64,000 nucleotides of DNA from Phascolarctobacterium sp. (GTDB lineage Bacteria; Bacillota; Negativicutes; Acidaminococcales; Acidaminococcaceae), in assembly GCA_030540395.1 (NCBI GenBank), contig JAUNWI010000003.1:95295-159294 (forward strand), read 5' to 3'. Position numbers and translations under genes: made by a program. The notes under the pieces were generated by a model that had not been told where the DNA came from, made no database searches, and worked only from the letters and a program-made list of their open reading frames with translations. Positions 49,982-59,702 of the stretch are shown in pieces. Numbering within the stretch: the first letter of the stretch is position 1; each line of letters begins with the position of its first letter.

Positions 49982-51355
49982 ATGAGCAGAATAATGACCA
50001 CCGTTGAAGCCATTCAGGAAGCCCGTCGTTGTTTAAATTGTGCTCGGCCCATGTGCCGCACAGGCTGCCCCATTGAAAATAATATTCCTGCCTTTATTCG
50101 CGCTTTGAGCGAGGGCAATATTGGTATGGCCTACGAAATCATTTCCGAGCGTAGCAATCTGCCCGCTATTTGTGGCCGCGTGTGCCCCCATGAGCGCCAA
50201 TGCGAGGCCCATTGCGTTTTGACGAAAAAGAAATGTGGCATTGAAATCGGCAGCTTGGAAATGTTTATTGCTGATTTTGCCCACAAAAACGATTTAAAGC
50301 CCGCCCACCCCTCCAGCAAGCTGCGGGGCAAGGTGGCGGTTATTGGCAGTGGCCCTGCAGGCTTAACCGTGGCTGGCGACTTGGCCAAAATGGATTTTGA
50401 TGTTACGATTTTTGAAGCCCAAAGCGAGCCCGGTGGCGTCCTGCTCTTTGGTATCCCCGAGTTCCGCCTGCAAAAGGACGTGGTGCGCCGGGAAATTACG
50501 GAGCTGCAGCACATTGGCGTGGAAATCAAGACCAACCAGCTGGCTGGGGTAGATTTCACTGTGGATGATTTATTTGCCCAAGGCTACGATGCTATTTTCA
50601 TGGGCACTGGTACCTCCCTGCCCCGCACCTTGGACATTCCCGGCAAGGAGCTGAGCGGCATTTTGACTGCCACCTATTTCTTGCGTATGGTGGTTTTGGC
50701 CAACGAGGGCAAGCTGGATGCCAGCGAAACCCTGCTCCACACCGGCGACAATGTGGTTGTTGTTGGCGCCGGCAATGTGGCCATGGACGCGGCCCGCACG
50801 GCAGTGCGCCGCGGTGCCAAGAATGTGACCATCGTTTACCACAAAACCGAAGCCGAGGTTAGCGCCTTCCCCTCCGAATACGAAGCCGCTGTTTCCGAGG
50901 GCGTGCAGTTTAAGTTTTTGAGTCAGCCCATTGCTTACTTCAACAAGAAGCAGATGCGTGCGGTGAACAAGGTGCGCCGCCAAACCACGGCGGCGGACGA
51001 AACCACCCTGGCAGGACTTTTGGTGCAAAATATTGTGAAAACCGATGAGGGCAAGTTTGTGGCCGAGGGTGGCCAAGAGGTGCTGCCCTGTGACTGCGTG
51101 ATTTTGGCCGTAGGCCAAAAGCCGGCAGCGCGGATTGTGTCCACCACCAAGGGCATTCAGGTGGACGAGCGGGGCTTTGTTATTACCCGCGAGCGTCCCT
51201 ACGGCATGACTACCCGCGCTGGCGTTTTCTCCAGCGGTGATGTGGTCCATGGACCTGCTACTGTTGTGCTCGCCATGAAGGAGTCTAAAAAGGTTGCGGC
51301 TGGCATTGCCCAATACATCGATGCCAAAAAGCTCCTTGAAGATTGTAATATTTAA
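49982..51355 (+). CDS. GltD/SudA/NfnB-like Fe-S flavoprotein (NAD(P)-dependent oxidoreductase)
   Basis: CxxCxxxxCxxxCP, CGRVCP, GSGPAG, GAGNVAMDAA, GDVVHGPATVV.AM. Confidence 0.9.
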   Translation: MSRIMTTVEAIQEARRCLNCARPMCRTGCPIENNIPAFIRALSEGNIGMAYEIISERSNLPAICGRVCPHERQCEAHCVLTKKKCGIEIGSLEMFIADFAHKNDLKPAHPSSKLRGKVAVIGSGPAGLTVAGDLAKMDFDVTIFEAQSEPGGVLLFGIPEFRLQKDVVRREITELQHIGVEIKTNQLAGVDFTVDDLFAQGYDAIFMGTGTSLPRTLDIPGKELSGILTATYFLRMVVLANEGKLDASETLLHTGDNVVVVGAGNVAMDAARTAVRRGAKNVTIVYHKTEAEVSAFPSEYEAAVSEGVQFKFLSQPIAYFNKKQMRAVNKVRRQTTAADETTLAGLLVQNIVKTDEGKFVAEGGQEVLPCDCVILAVGQKPAARIVSTTKGIQVDERGFVITRERPYGMTTRAGVFSSGDVVHGPATVVLAMKESKKVAAGIAQYIDAKKLLEDCNI

Positions 51356-51361
51356 GGGTAT

Positions 51362-51407
51362 AAAAAACAGCTAACACATGGACGAGAATCTGTGTGTTAG
51401 CTTTTTT
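51362..51407. terminator. Terminator, possibly bidirectional, after the GltD-like gene
   Basis: AGCTAACACA..TGTGTTAGCT flanked by A6 and a T-run. Confidence 0.75.
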
Positions 51408-51834
51408 GTTTGTTGTGTTATGTTTTGTTTTGAAATTCGTAATAAGTAAGCATCATGCTCGCGGTGATTTTTCGAATGCGTTACTTTTGGAACTGTCTCG
51501 CACGAAGAAGAGGGCAAAAATGAAGGTGTCCTTTTGGTGGCTAGACGCAAATTTCGTGGGGTCCAATTGGCCTCTGCGGGGTACTATTTGTCTCGCAGAA
51601 GAATATAGGTTTTCGAACCCTTGAGGCCATTGTACCAAGCCACTCATTTGCTAAAAATCACAGCTCACCTGCTGCTTACTTATTACTCAATTTCATACCT
51701 TCTTCTATCCTTTAGCAAGCAGCAGTCACTACATCAAAGCAAAACGGAAGGAAAGTTCTTATTTACATCGACAGTAACTTTTTTTGCGAAGTAAGTCAGG
51801 CACGACTGTCGTAAAGCCAGGCACTACCAAACCC

Positions 51835-51979
51835 GGATATAGACAGCCCTTTTTGATAAATCTTTTTGGGCGAACAAAAAGATTTTGTTTCCCGCGCTTT
51901 TCAAAAGCGCGCGACCTTTTTGCTACTTTTTCGGTCGCGCGAAAAAGTAGACGAACGAGAGCTATTGACAAAAAATATA
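51835..51979. repeat. Dispersed palindromic repeat, copy B
   Basis: Homologous to 32107-32270, in the same orientation. Confidence 0.9.
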
Positions 51980-52004
51980 GTAACTTAATATTCACATATC
52001 TATG

Positions 52005-53348
52005 TTACTCTAACCCTTCTACCCATTCGTTCAGCAAACGATTAAACTCTTGCCATTGAGCGATCAGCTGCTCCAGCGCCCCGTCGGCCTTCGCCTGCTC
52101 ATATCCTCTGAGCAGCGCCACCTCATAGCGCAGCTCCGGCAGCTCATCATGAGCTGCCACCAGCTGCTGCAGATAATTATCATTCACATAATCATCATGC
52201 ACCACGCCCAGCAAATCCTGCAAGGACTTTAGGCTGCGCAGCAGCTGGGGCATAGCCCCCACCTCCGGTACGCACTGCAGTGCGTACCGAAAGCGCTTCA
52301 GCTTAATGCGCACTCGATGTAGCTGCTCCATGTCTCCCAGCTCAGGCTGAACCCCTTGCTGCTGCAGCTTTTTAGCCCACTTGCCCAAGCGCTGCGCAAA
52401 AAACTCCTGCAACCCCCTGTCGCAGGGAGCATTAGCCGCAGTTAGCAAGTATAAATAGATTTGCGCCAACTCATTAGTGACCGCATTCAGCTCCAGCTGC
52501 TGCAAAACGCGAGCCTGGGCCTGCTGCCGCAGCCCTGCCAGCAAATGCTGCAGGCTGGGCACAGCCTCCCTAGCGGGCAGCAGCGTGCTCTGGGCAACCG
52601 GCTCCGACCCTTGCTGTCGCAAGGGCAGAGCCGCTCTTTCCGCCCGCACCTGGCTGCCCCGCAAGCGCTCGCAGGTTTGCAGCAGCACATCGTACTCCCG
52701 CACAGCGGATAAAGCCGCAGCCTTCTCCTTTAACATGCTCTGGCAAAGGCTCATCTTCCCAAACAAGGGCTTTACTAAAGACAGCACCGAGCGCAGGCGC
52801 CGCAGCTTCACCCGCAGCTGGCGCCACAGCTGGCGCTGCCCTCCCCCGGATAGCAGCAGCTGCTCCCACAGCTTATTAATCACATATAAATGCCAGGGCA
52901 CATGGCAGCGCAAGGCAGTCATCGCCGTGCTCTCGTCATAATAAGGTAGTTTATCGAGGAAATAGCTACCCCTTAAGAGGGCAATGCGCCGAGCCAAATC
53001 CGGTTCATCCAACACAAAATGCAGCTTGCCCTGCAAAAAGCTTGTAACCAGGTCACTAACTCTTGCTTGGGACAAGGTACCAGGCTCATATTCGATGATG
53101 ATATCCGCCACATTAATAGGCTTATCACTGACCAACAGCACGCCCCACATGCACAAAATATGCAGTGCAACCTGCTCACCCTTGGGCTTAAAATGCGCTA
53201 CACGGCATTTATACATATCATTATTCTCGAAATAGTGCTCCTTAACCTTATAGGAAACGCTATGGCCAGCTAGTTCTTTTTTCACCAGCCCCAAAAGCTG
53301 AGCCTGATGCTTAACATCCACACCATGGAGACAAAGCCTTGCTTTCAT
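52005..53348 (-). CDS. CHAD-domain protein with a possible degenerate CYTH N-terminus
   Basis: RQLRVKLRRLRS, LHRVRIKLKRFRY, LQDLLGVVHD CHAD motifs. Confidence 0.87.
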   Translation of the reverse strand: MKARLCLHGVDVKHQAQLLGLVKKELAGHSVSYKVKEHYFENNDMYKCRVAHFKPKGEQVALHILCMWGVLLVSDKPINVADIIIEYEPGTLSQARVSDLVTSFLQGKLHFVLDEPDLARRIALLRGSYFLDKLPYYDESTAMTALRCHVPWHLYVINKLWEQLLLSGGGQRQLWRQLRVKLRRLRSVLSLVKPLFGKMSLCQSMLKEKAAALSAVREYDVLLQTCERLRGSQVRAERAALPLRQQGSEPVAQSTLLPAREAVPSLQHLLAGLRQQAQARVLQQLELNAVTNELAQIYLYLLTAANAPCDRGLQEFFAQRLGKWAKKLQQQGVQPELGDMEQLHRVRIKLKRFRYALQCVPEVGAMPQLLRSLKSLQDLLGVVHDDYVNDNYLQQLVAAHDELPELRYEVALLRGYEQAKADGALEQLIAQWQEFNRLLNEWVEGLE

Positions 53349-53424
53349 GGTTTATCAATCCCCTTATAGGTAATAAGTCACCCTCCCTTGCAGTAGCTGT
53401 GCTGCTCCAAAAGAGGGTGCATTT

Positions 53425-54393
53425 TTATTTTACTTTCACCTCAGCCGGCAAAGGCGCACCCGCCAAGCCTGCCAAAATATTCTCCACTGTCAGCATGGCC
53501 ATGGCATCGCGAGTTTCCGTGGTGGCGCTGGCCATGTGAGGAGTAACCGTCACATTGGGCAAGCTCAGGAGCTTGTGCTCCCCGGGCAACGGCTCCGGGT
53601 CCGTCACATCCATAGCTGCATAGGCCACCTGACCGCTAACTAAAGCCTCATAGAGGGCCTCCGTATCCACAACAGCGCCACGACTGATGTTTATCAACCG
53701 CACGCCCCGCTTCATCTTAGCAATGGTCTCAGCGTTGATTAAATGCTTGGTGGAGGGATTCAGCGTTACCGCCAGCAAAATAAAGTCCGCCGTAGTCAAA
53801 AGCTCCTCCTGGCTTACATATTTTACGCCTAGCTTGGCATCATCATTGCGCTGATGACGATTGTGGTAAACCACCTGCATGGAGCTGGCTTGAGCACGCT
53901 TGGCAATAGCACTGCCAATATCTCCCATGCCAATAATGCCCAGCGTCTTGCCTGCCAAATCCGTGGTCAGGCCAAAGGGCTTACGCTCGCCCCAGGCACC
54001 GCTTTTTACATGCCCATGAGCCCTCACAATTTGGCGGGCACTGTCGATAATCAGGCCATAGGCCAAATCGGCCACAGCATCCACCAAAACACCCGGCGTG
54101 TTGCCCACAGGAATGCCCCTGGCAGCGCAGGCCGCAACATCAATATTGTCATAACCCACGCTGGCTTGAGCAATAACCTTCAGCTTGGGTGCCTTGGCCA
54201 AAAGCTTTTCGTCAATGCGAATATTGCCCGTGGAAAACAGCGCTTCCGCCTCAGCAAGCCACTCATCAAATTGCTCCTTGGGCATACGACCACCCTGCTG
54301 CCAGCCCAATAAATGTACCTCGCTATTTAATTTGTCATAGGCACATTGGCGCATCTTGCCGCTGGCCATGACAACGCAATTTTGCAAATCCAT
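53425..54393 (-). CDS. D-2-hydroxyacid dehydrogenase (glyoxylate/hydroxypyruvate reductase-like)
   Basis: SVGYDNID, NTPGVL, GIIGMGDIG, INISRGAVVD, DVTDPEP, TPHMAS. Confidence 0.93.
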   Translation of the reverse strand: MDLQNCVVMASGKMRQCAYDKLNSEVHLLGWQQGGRMPKEQFDEWLAEAEALFSTGNIRIDEKLLAKAPKLKVIAQASVGYDNIDVAACAARGIPVGNTPGVLVDAVADLAYGLIIDSARQIVRAHGHVKSGAWGERKPFGLTTDLAGKTLGIIGMGDIGSAIAKRAQASSMQVVYHNRHQRNDDAKLGVKYVSQEELLTTADFILLAVTLNPSTKHLINAETIAKMKRGVRLINISRGAVVDTEALYEALVSGQVAYAAMDVTDPEPLPGEHKLLSLPNVTVTPHMASATTETRDAMAMLTVENILAGLAGAPLPAEVKVK

Positions 54394-54455
54394 AATGACT
54401 CTCCTTTGCTACTCTTAAGAGCCCTGTCGAAGTAGATGACGCCTGATAATACGTC

Positions 54456-54824
54456 TTATTTTTTCGGTAAAATCTCCAGCCAGTAGTTATCCGGGTCAAT
54501 AATAAAATAAATGCCCATGGCCGGGTTTTCGTAGCAGATGCATCCCATTTCCTTGTGCTTAGCATGGGCTGCCTCATAATCCTCCACTACAAAAGCCAAA
54601 TGGAATTCATTTTCACCCAAATTATACGGCTCCTTGCGGTCACGCAGCCAGGTCAGCTCCAGCTGGTGGGGAGTCTTACCATCAGTCAAATACACCAAAA
54701 TAAAGCTGCCATCGCTGGCCACCTTACGGCGTGCCTCCTTTAGTCCCAAAGCTTCCTTATAAAACTTTAGGCTCTTGTCCAAATCCAAAACGTTGAAATT
54801 GTTGTGTGCAAAAGTAAATTCCAT
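54456..54824 (-). CDS. gloA: Glyoxalase I / lactoylglutathione lyase (VOC fold)
   Basis: HNNFNV.DL.KSL.FY..ALGL, LELTW, HLAF, DPDNYWLEI. Confidence 0.88.
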   Translation of the reverse strand: MEFTFAHNNFNVLDLDKSLKFYKEALGLKEARRKVASDGSFILVYLTDGKTPHQLELTWLRDRKEPYNLGENEFHLAFVVEDYEAAHAKHKEMGCICYENPAMGIYFIIDPDNYWLEILPKK

Positions 54825-54850
54825 TTTTTCACCTCATAAATATATTAAAA

Positions 54851-55357
54851 TTAAAAATAAACCTGTTTAATCAGCAGTGCCGCTAGAGCAATGCCAGAAC
54901 AAATCTTGCCCAAAATGGCAAAAAACCGCATTTTCGCGGCCTCCCAGGCCAGATGAGCTGCATTTTTTTGCATTCCCGTGCGAGCCAGCTCGTATAAAAA
55001 GGCCGTAGCGCTGGCACCCACAACACCGCCCAGGATGGAGCCCAAAATAGGTAAAATCGTGGTGCCCACCAGAGTCCCCGCAAAGCCACCCATGCCAATC
55101 AAAAGCACTGCCAGCCAGGAAACCTTTTCCTTTTTAATGCCGAACAGGGAAACGCAAAACTCCCAGGCCTCGCCCAAGAGATACACCAAAACCATGGCCG
55201 AAAGCAACCGTCCGCTAAAAAAGGCACTCTCATTATAAAAGGCAAAGCCTAAGCCGGTTAGCAAAAGAATGCTATTGCCCGGCAAATCAAATATGGTTAG
55301 TAAAGGACACAGCACAGCCACAAATAAAGCCAGCGTTCTCTCTACAAAAAAGTCCAT
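54851..55357 (-). CDS. DUF456-family membrane protein
   Basis: Start at MDFFVE after GGAGG; LPGN.ILL, E.WEF, ILP.LGS.LGG.VGA...LYE pattern. Confidence 0.8.
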   Translation of the reverse strand: MDFFVERTLALFVAVLCPLLTIFDLPGNSILLLTGLGFAFYNESAFFSGRLLSAMVLVYLLGEAWEFCVSLFGIKKEKVSWLAVLLIGMGGFAGTLVGTTILPILGSILGGVVGASATAFLYELARTGMQKNAAHLAWEAAKMRFFAILGKICSGIALAALLIKQVYF

Positions 55358-55520
55358 AGTGCTCCCTCCAAATATTATTAAGGCTATTATACCACATTCA
55401 GATAAACACTTGTCTAACTTTATGTCACGAGAATTCGAAAAAAATGTAAAATCATTGTCTATTGCAAAGGAAAATGCTACAATAAATAAGGAAATACACC
55501 CTAGAAAGGAGGCATCACCC

Positions 55521-56612
55521 ATGAATGACTTAATTGTACAGCTAGCGCCCTGGTATCCTGCCCTTGGTGCCTTCTGCTTTTTCACCTTTTTGCGTTATGT
55601 GTATAAGCATTTTTTGCTGCGCTTACTGCGCCGTCTCACCAATGTTATCTCCTTTAAAAATGGTGAGGATTTGCTGGCTGCCTTCGAGCATCCTATCAAC
55701 GCCTTTTTATATGTGGCGGCTTTTTATGCAGCCTTGAATGCGGCACCCCTGGACACCAACTATTGGACAACCTTTTTGGACAGAGTCATGCGCAGCACCA
55801 TCGTCCTATGCTTCTTTTGGGGCTGCTATAACGTCAGCGACACCACCCACGGTATCATGCTGGATGTTCTGGAAAAAGCAGGCATACGTCCTGAGGATTC
55901 CTTATCCAATATTTGCTCCACAGTTTTGCGCTTAGTGGTTGTTGTGCTCTGCTTTGTGACGGTAGCACGGGAATGGAACTATGACATCAGCGGCTTTATC
56001 GCGTCCTTGAGTATTGGCTCCGTGGCAGTGGCCTTTGCCGCCAAGGATGCTTTGGCCAATGTGTTTGGCAGCCTCATCATCGTCTTGGACAAGCCCTTTA
56101 AAATTGGTGATTGGATTTTGGCCAACGGTGTGGAGGGCGTGGTGGAAAAAATCTCCTTCCGCAGCACCTGTATCCGCACCTTCCCCCAAGAGCTGGTTTA
56201 TGTGCCCAACTCCCTTTTGAGTAACACGCCCATCACCAACTTTACCCTGCGTGAGAAACGGCGCATCGACTTCACCCTAGGACTCACCTATAGCAGCACA
56301 GCGGCACAAATCGAAACGCTTATCGCCAAACTGAAGGAGTATTTGGGCAACCATGAGCGCTTGTATCATGACGATATCCGCGTGCATTTTGTCAATTACA
56401 ACGACAGCAGCCTTGATGTGCGCATTACCTGCTATGCCCGCACAGGCAATCAAAAGGAATATCTTGATATTTTGCAGGAGATTAATTTGCGCATTATGGC
56501 CTTGCTAGAAGAGGTTGGCGTTAGCTGCGCATTTCCTTCTACGAGTGTTTATTTTGAAAATACTCTTTCTACAGACACTCAACACAAGCAAGTAGAGTCA
56601 ACAAAGGAGTAA
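55521..56612 (+). CDS. MscS-family mechanosensitive ion channel
   Basis: Start after AAGGAGG; AFAAKDALANVFG, DKPFKIGDW, GVVEKISFRST, VPNSLL, CAFPS. Confidence 0.93.
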   Translation: MNDLIVQLAPWYPALGAFCFFTFLRYVYKHFLLRLLRRLTNVISFKNGEDLLAAFEHPINAFLYVAAFYAALNAAPLDTNYWTTFLDRVMRSTIVLCFFWGCYNVSDTTHGIMLDVLEKAGIRPEDSLSNICSTVLRLVVVVLCFVTVAREWNYDISGFIASLSIGSVAVAFAAKDALANVFGSLIIVLDKPFKIGDWILANGVEGVVEKISFRSTCIRTFPQELVYVPNSLLSNTPITNFTLREKRRIDFTLGLTYSSTAAQIETLIAKLKEYLGNHERLYHDDIRVHFVNYNDSSLDVRITCYARTGNQKEYLDILQEINLRIMALLEEVGVSCAFPSTSVYFENTLSTDTQHKQVESTKE

Positions 56613-56654
56613 GCGGCACCAGCTTGCCCATGAACCGCAAAGGAGGTTCAGCTT

Positions 56655-57518
56655 ATGGAAAACTATAATGTTGTTATCATCGGCGGCGGCCCCGCCGGAG
56701 TCTCCGCCGCCTTGTACCTGGCCCGCGCCAACCTGCGCGTAGCCATCGTCGAAAACGGCCCCGGTGCCCTGGCCCGCGCCCACAAAATTGATAATTTTTA
56801 TGGGGCGGCGGTCAGCGGTCCCCGTCTTTACGCCGAGGGCTTGGAACAAGCCCGCAATTTAGGTGTGGACATCATCCAGGACGAGGTGCTGGCCGTGGAA
56901 TATTTTGACAGCTTCGTGCTTACCCTCAAGGAGCAGGCGAAGCCCTTGCCCGCTCCCGTACTGATTTTAGCCACGGGTACGAAGAATGTCACCCTCAACC
57001 TGCCGGGACTGGTGGAGTACGAGGGCAAGGGCATCAGCTACTGCGCAGTCTGCGACGGCTTTTTCTTTCGCAAGAAAAAGCTGGCAGTGCTGGGGCATGG
57101 CTCCTTCGCCCTGCACGAAGCGGAATATTTGCGGCACATCGCCGCACAGGTCACTGTCCTGACCAACGGTCAGGACGACAGCGCAGCTAGAGCCGCAGGC
57201 TTCGCCACCATCGCCACTCCGGTCACGGCCGTGACCGGCGCAGGAAAGCTGGAGGCAGTGCATTTTGCCGACGGCAGTGAGCTGGAGGTGAACGGCCTGT
57301 TCATCGCTTTGGGCACCGCCGACAGCACCGACATAGCCCGCAAGCTGGGAGCCCAGCTAGAGGGCCGCTTCATCAAGGTGGACGCTGATGGCGCCACCAA
57401 TATCCCCGGTCTTTTCGCCGCTGGCGATTGCATCGGCGGCCTTAAGCAGGTGGCCAAGGCCGTGCACGACGGTGCACGGGCAGGCCTGGCGGCCATCAAG
57501 TTTTTGCGACAGCAATAA
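56655..57518 (+). CDS. trxB: Thioredoxin reductase
   Basis: GGGPAG, GISYCAVCDG, TNIPGLFAAGDC; followed by a thioredoxin gene. Confidence 0.88.
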   Translation: MENYNVVIIGGGPAGVSAALYLARANLRVAIVENGPGALARAHKIDNFYGAAVSGPRLYAEGLEQARNLGVDIIQDEVLAVEYFDSFVLTLKEQAKPLPAPVLILATGTKNVTLNLPGLVEYEGKGISYCAVCDGFFFRKKKLAVLGHGSFALHEAEYLRHIAAQVTVLTNGQDDSAARAAGFATIATPVTAVTGAGKLEAVHFADGSELEVNGLFIALGTADSTDIARKLGAQLEGRFIKVDADGATNIPGLFAAGDCIGGLKQVAKAVHDGARAGLAAIKFLRQQ

Positions 57519-57606
57519 AAGCCGCGGGGATTTGCCGGCGCCCATGGCGCCGGCCGCCCGCGGCCGCTAAACAATATTAATTTTACAGTATAAAGGAGTG
57601 TTTTAT

Positions 57607-57912
57607 ATGGCAATGGAATTTACTACTGGCAATTTTGCACAAGAAGTTTTGGCAGCTAAGCAGCCTGTTTTGGTTGACTTTTGGGCAACCCGGTGTGGTC
57701 CCTGCCGCATGCAGGCTCCCATTTTGGAAGCCTTTGCGGCGGAGCATCCGGAAATCAAGGTGGGCAAGGTAAATGTGGACGAAAACCCTGACCTTGCAGA
57801 AAAATTCAGCATTATGTCCATCCCCACCCTGCTGGTTTTCAAGGATGGCAAGCTGGTGAAGACTGCTGTGGGCCTGCACGACAAGGGCGGCCTCGCTGAA
57901 TTGGTAAAATAA
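57607..57912 (+). CDS. trxA: Thioredoxin (active site reads RCGPC)
   Basis: PVLVDFWAT.CGPC.M.AP, KVNVDENP, SIPTL; AAGGAG RBS. Confidence 0.9.
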   Translation: MAMEFTTGNFAQEVLAAKQPVLVDFWATRCGPCRMQAPILEAFAAEHPEIKVGKVNVDENPDLAEKFSIMSIPTLLVFKDGKLVKTAVGLHDKGGLAELVK

Positions 57913-57927
57913 ATACTGTTAATCACA

Positions 57928-57970
57928 AAAGCCGTACTACTCATATCAGTGTGGGTAGTACGGCTTTATT
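57928..57970. repeat. 43-bp hairpin repeat, copy 1 (terminator-like, after trxA)
   Basis: AAAGCCGTACTAC-14 nt-GTAGTACGGCTTT; exact reverse complement at 61318-61360. Confidence 0.92.
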
Positions 57971-58149
57971 TGTAATGTGTATAAAACATTTAGAAAGTTC
58001 CCTTTTGCTCACGTGCTCACGTAGGGAACATGCTTTAAGGCACATCTTCATGCACAAAGACATAAAAAACGGCACTATCCTTGCGCTGAGCCAAGAGTCC
58101 ATAATCAACCACGGGAATGCGCCGTCCGTCCCGGTGCACAATGTGGTAC

Positions 58150-58893
58150 TTATTTATGCACTGTTTTCGACAGGGACAGGGGCAGCTCCAAGCCATTGTC
58201 CTCTAGCAGCTTTTTATTTGTGAGGATTACCTCTGTGGGAGCGTCAGCAACAATGCGGCCATCTGCCAAAATGATAGTGCGTTGGCAGGTGTCCAGCACT
58301 AAATCCAAGTCATGGGTAGCAATAATTTTGAGATGCTCAAAGCTGTTTAGCAGGTTGATAAGCTGGCGCCGATTGCGGGGGTCCAGCGCAATGGAAGGCT
58401 CGTCCAAGAGAATAATATCCGGCGTCATGGATAAAATCGTGGCTAAGGACACCAGCTTTTTTTCGCCTCCGGACATCTTAAAAATCTGCTTGTTGCGCAA
58501 ATGGGGGATCCCCACCTGCTTTAAAGCAAAGCTAACCCGTCGCTCTACCTCCGCCTCCGGCAAGCCGTAATTGCGGGGAGCAAAGGCAATATCCTCATAG
58601 GCCGTGGACATAAAAAGCTGGCTGTCGCTATCCTGAAACACATAACCGATTTTTTCTCGCAGGAGGGGCAAGGTTTTGGCCTCCACGGGGATTTCTTCCA
58701 CACGAATATACCCGGTGAAGCCCAGCTCCAGCCCTACCAGCAGCTTTAAAAGGGTGGATTTACCCACGCCGTTGGCGCCAATAATGCCGATGGACTCATG
58801 CTCCCCGGCATGCAGGCTGATGTGCTGCAAAATGGGCTGGTTTGCTTCGTAGCCAAAGGATAAATTTTGAATATCTATATGAATATGACTCAT
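58150..58893 (-). CDS. cbiO: ECF Co/Ni transporter ATPase
   Basis: GANGVGKST, FQDSDSQLF, MSGGEKK, DEPSIALDP, ATHDL; ATGA overlap with cbiQ. Confidence 0.9.
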   Translation of the reverse strand: MSHIHIDIQNLSFGYEANQPILQHISLHAGEHESIGIIGANGVGKSTLLKLLVGLELGFTGYIRVEEIPVEAKTLPLLREKIGYVFQDSDSQLFMSTAYEDIAFAPRNYGLPEAEVERRVSFALKQVGIPHLRNKQIFKMSGGEKKLVSLATILSMTPDIILLDEPSIALDPRNRRQLINLLNSFEHLKIIATHDLDLVLDTCQRTIILADGRIVADAPTEVILTNKKLLEDNGLELPLSLSKTVHK

Positions 58894-59702
58894 AGGAATT
58901 TTCCTCCCATCAGCTTGGTGAAGACTAGGCTCCAAGGCAAAAGGCGTATTACTATCAGCACAGCAAAGAGGGCCAGCAGATAATGCCAGTCCCTTTTATG
59001 CCAGGAAGCAATGGGCCCGCCGTAATAATATTCACCTTGATAACCACGCAGGAGCATGCTGGCATAAAGATTATTGGCTCGGTCAATGCTGCGCAGCAAA
59101 AGCTGGCCCGCCAAGGAGCCCCATACCTTGAAATGCACGCCCTTCTGCTTGGGCGCACGCAGAGCGTAAGCCTGAGCCATGGTGTCTGCCTGCTCCAAGA
59201 GCAGTGTCAAATAACGATAGGTTAACAAAAATTGCGTCACTAAAAGCTTGGGCACATGCAAAAGGCGCAGGGCATAGCAAAGCTGCTCAATGCTGGTGGT
59301 AGCAATGAGCAGATAGGAGGCCAAAAGAGCCCACAAGCCCTTGAGCATCAGGGTAAGCAAGGAAACATAGCCCGCCTTGAGCTGCCATTCGCCAAAAACG
59401 AAGACATGCTTGTCAAAAAAGGGATTTGCTAGGCCCACGAGGCAAATCAAGGGCACAAGCAGGCGCAGGCGCCAAAGGCATTTTTGCCAGGAAAGCTGGC
59501 TTTTATGGAAGCCCCACAGGGGATATATTCCCATACAGAGCAGAGCCAAAAGCTCGTACTTGCCAAAGGACATGAGCAGGGCAATATAACCCATGGTGAC
59601 CAAAAGCTTTGCCAGAGGATGCATAGCATGAAGGGGGCTTTGCTGCTGGGATAGGGCGTTTAAGGCGTTGATTTCTGAAAGTGCGCGGGTGATTTTTTTC
59701 AT
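58890..59702 (-). CDS. cbiQ: ECF Co/Ni transporter T component
   Basis: HPLAKLL, LTYRYL, A..LRAP, LLLRS.DRA..LY.SM.LRGY. Confidence 0.9.
   Translation of the reverse strand: MKKITRALSEINALNALSQQQSPLHAMHPLAKLLVTMGYIALLMSFGKYELLALLCMGIYPLWGFHKSQLSWQKCLWRLRLLVPLICLVGLANPFFDKHVFVFGEWQLKAGYVSLLTLMLKGLWALLASYLLIATTSIEQLCYALRLLHVPKLLVTQFLLTYRYLTLLLEQADTMAQAYALRAPKQKGVHFKVWGSLAGQLLLRSIDRANNLYASMLLRGYQGEYYYGGPIASWHKRDWHYLLALFAVLIVIRLLPWSLVFTKLMGGKFL

Noticed and set aside
51605-51625. GGTTCGAA on the minus strand resembling a tRNA T-loop
   Set aside because: The T-stem is imperfect, and no acceptor, D or anticodon arms can be built
57997-58029. GTTCCCT..AGGGAAC hairpin with tandem GCTCACGT in the loop
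   Set aside because: Short and single-copy; may be just a terminator-like hairpin for cbiO
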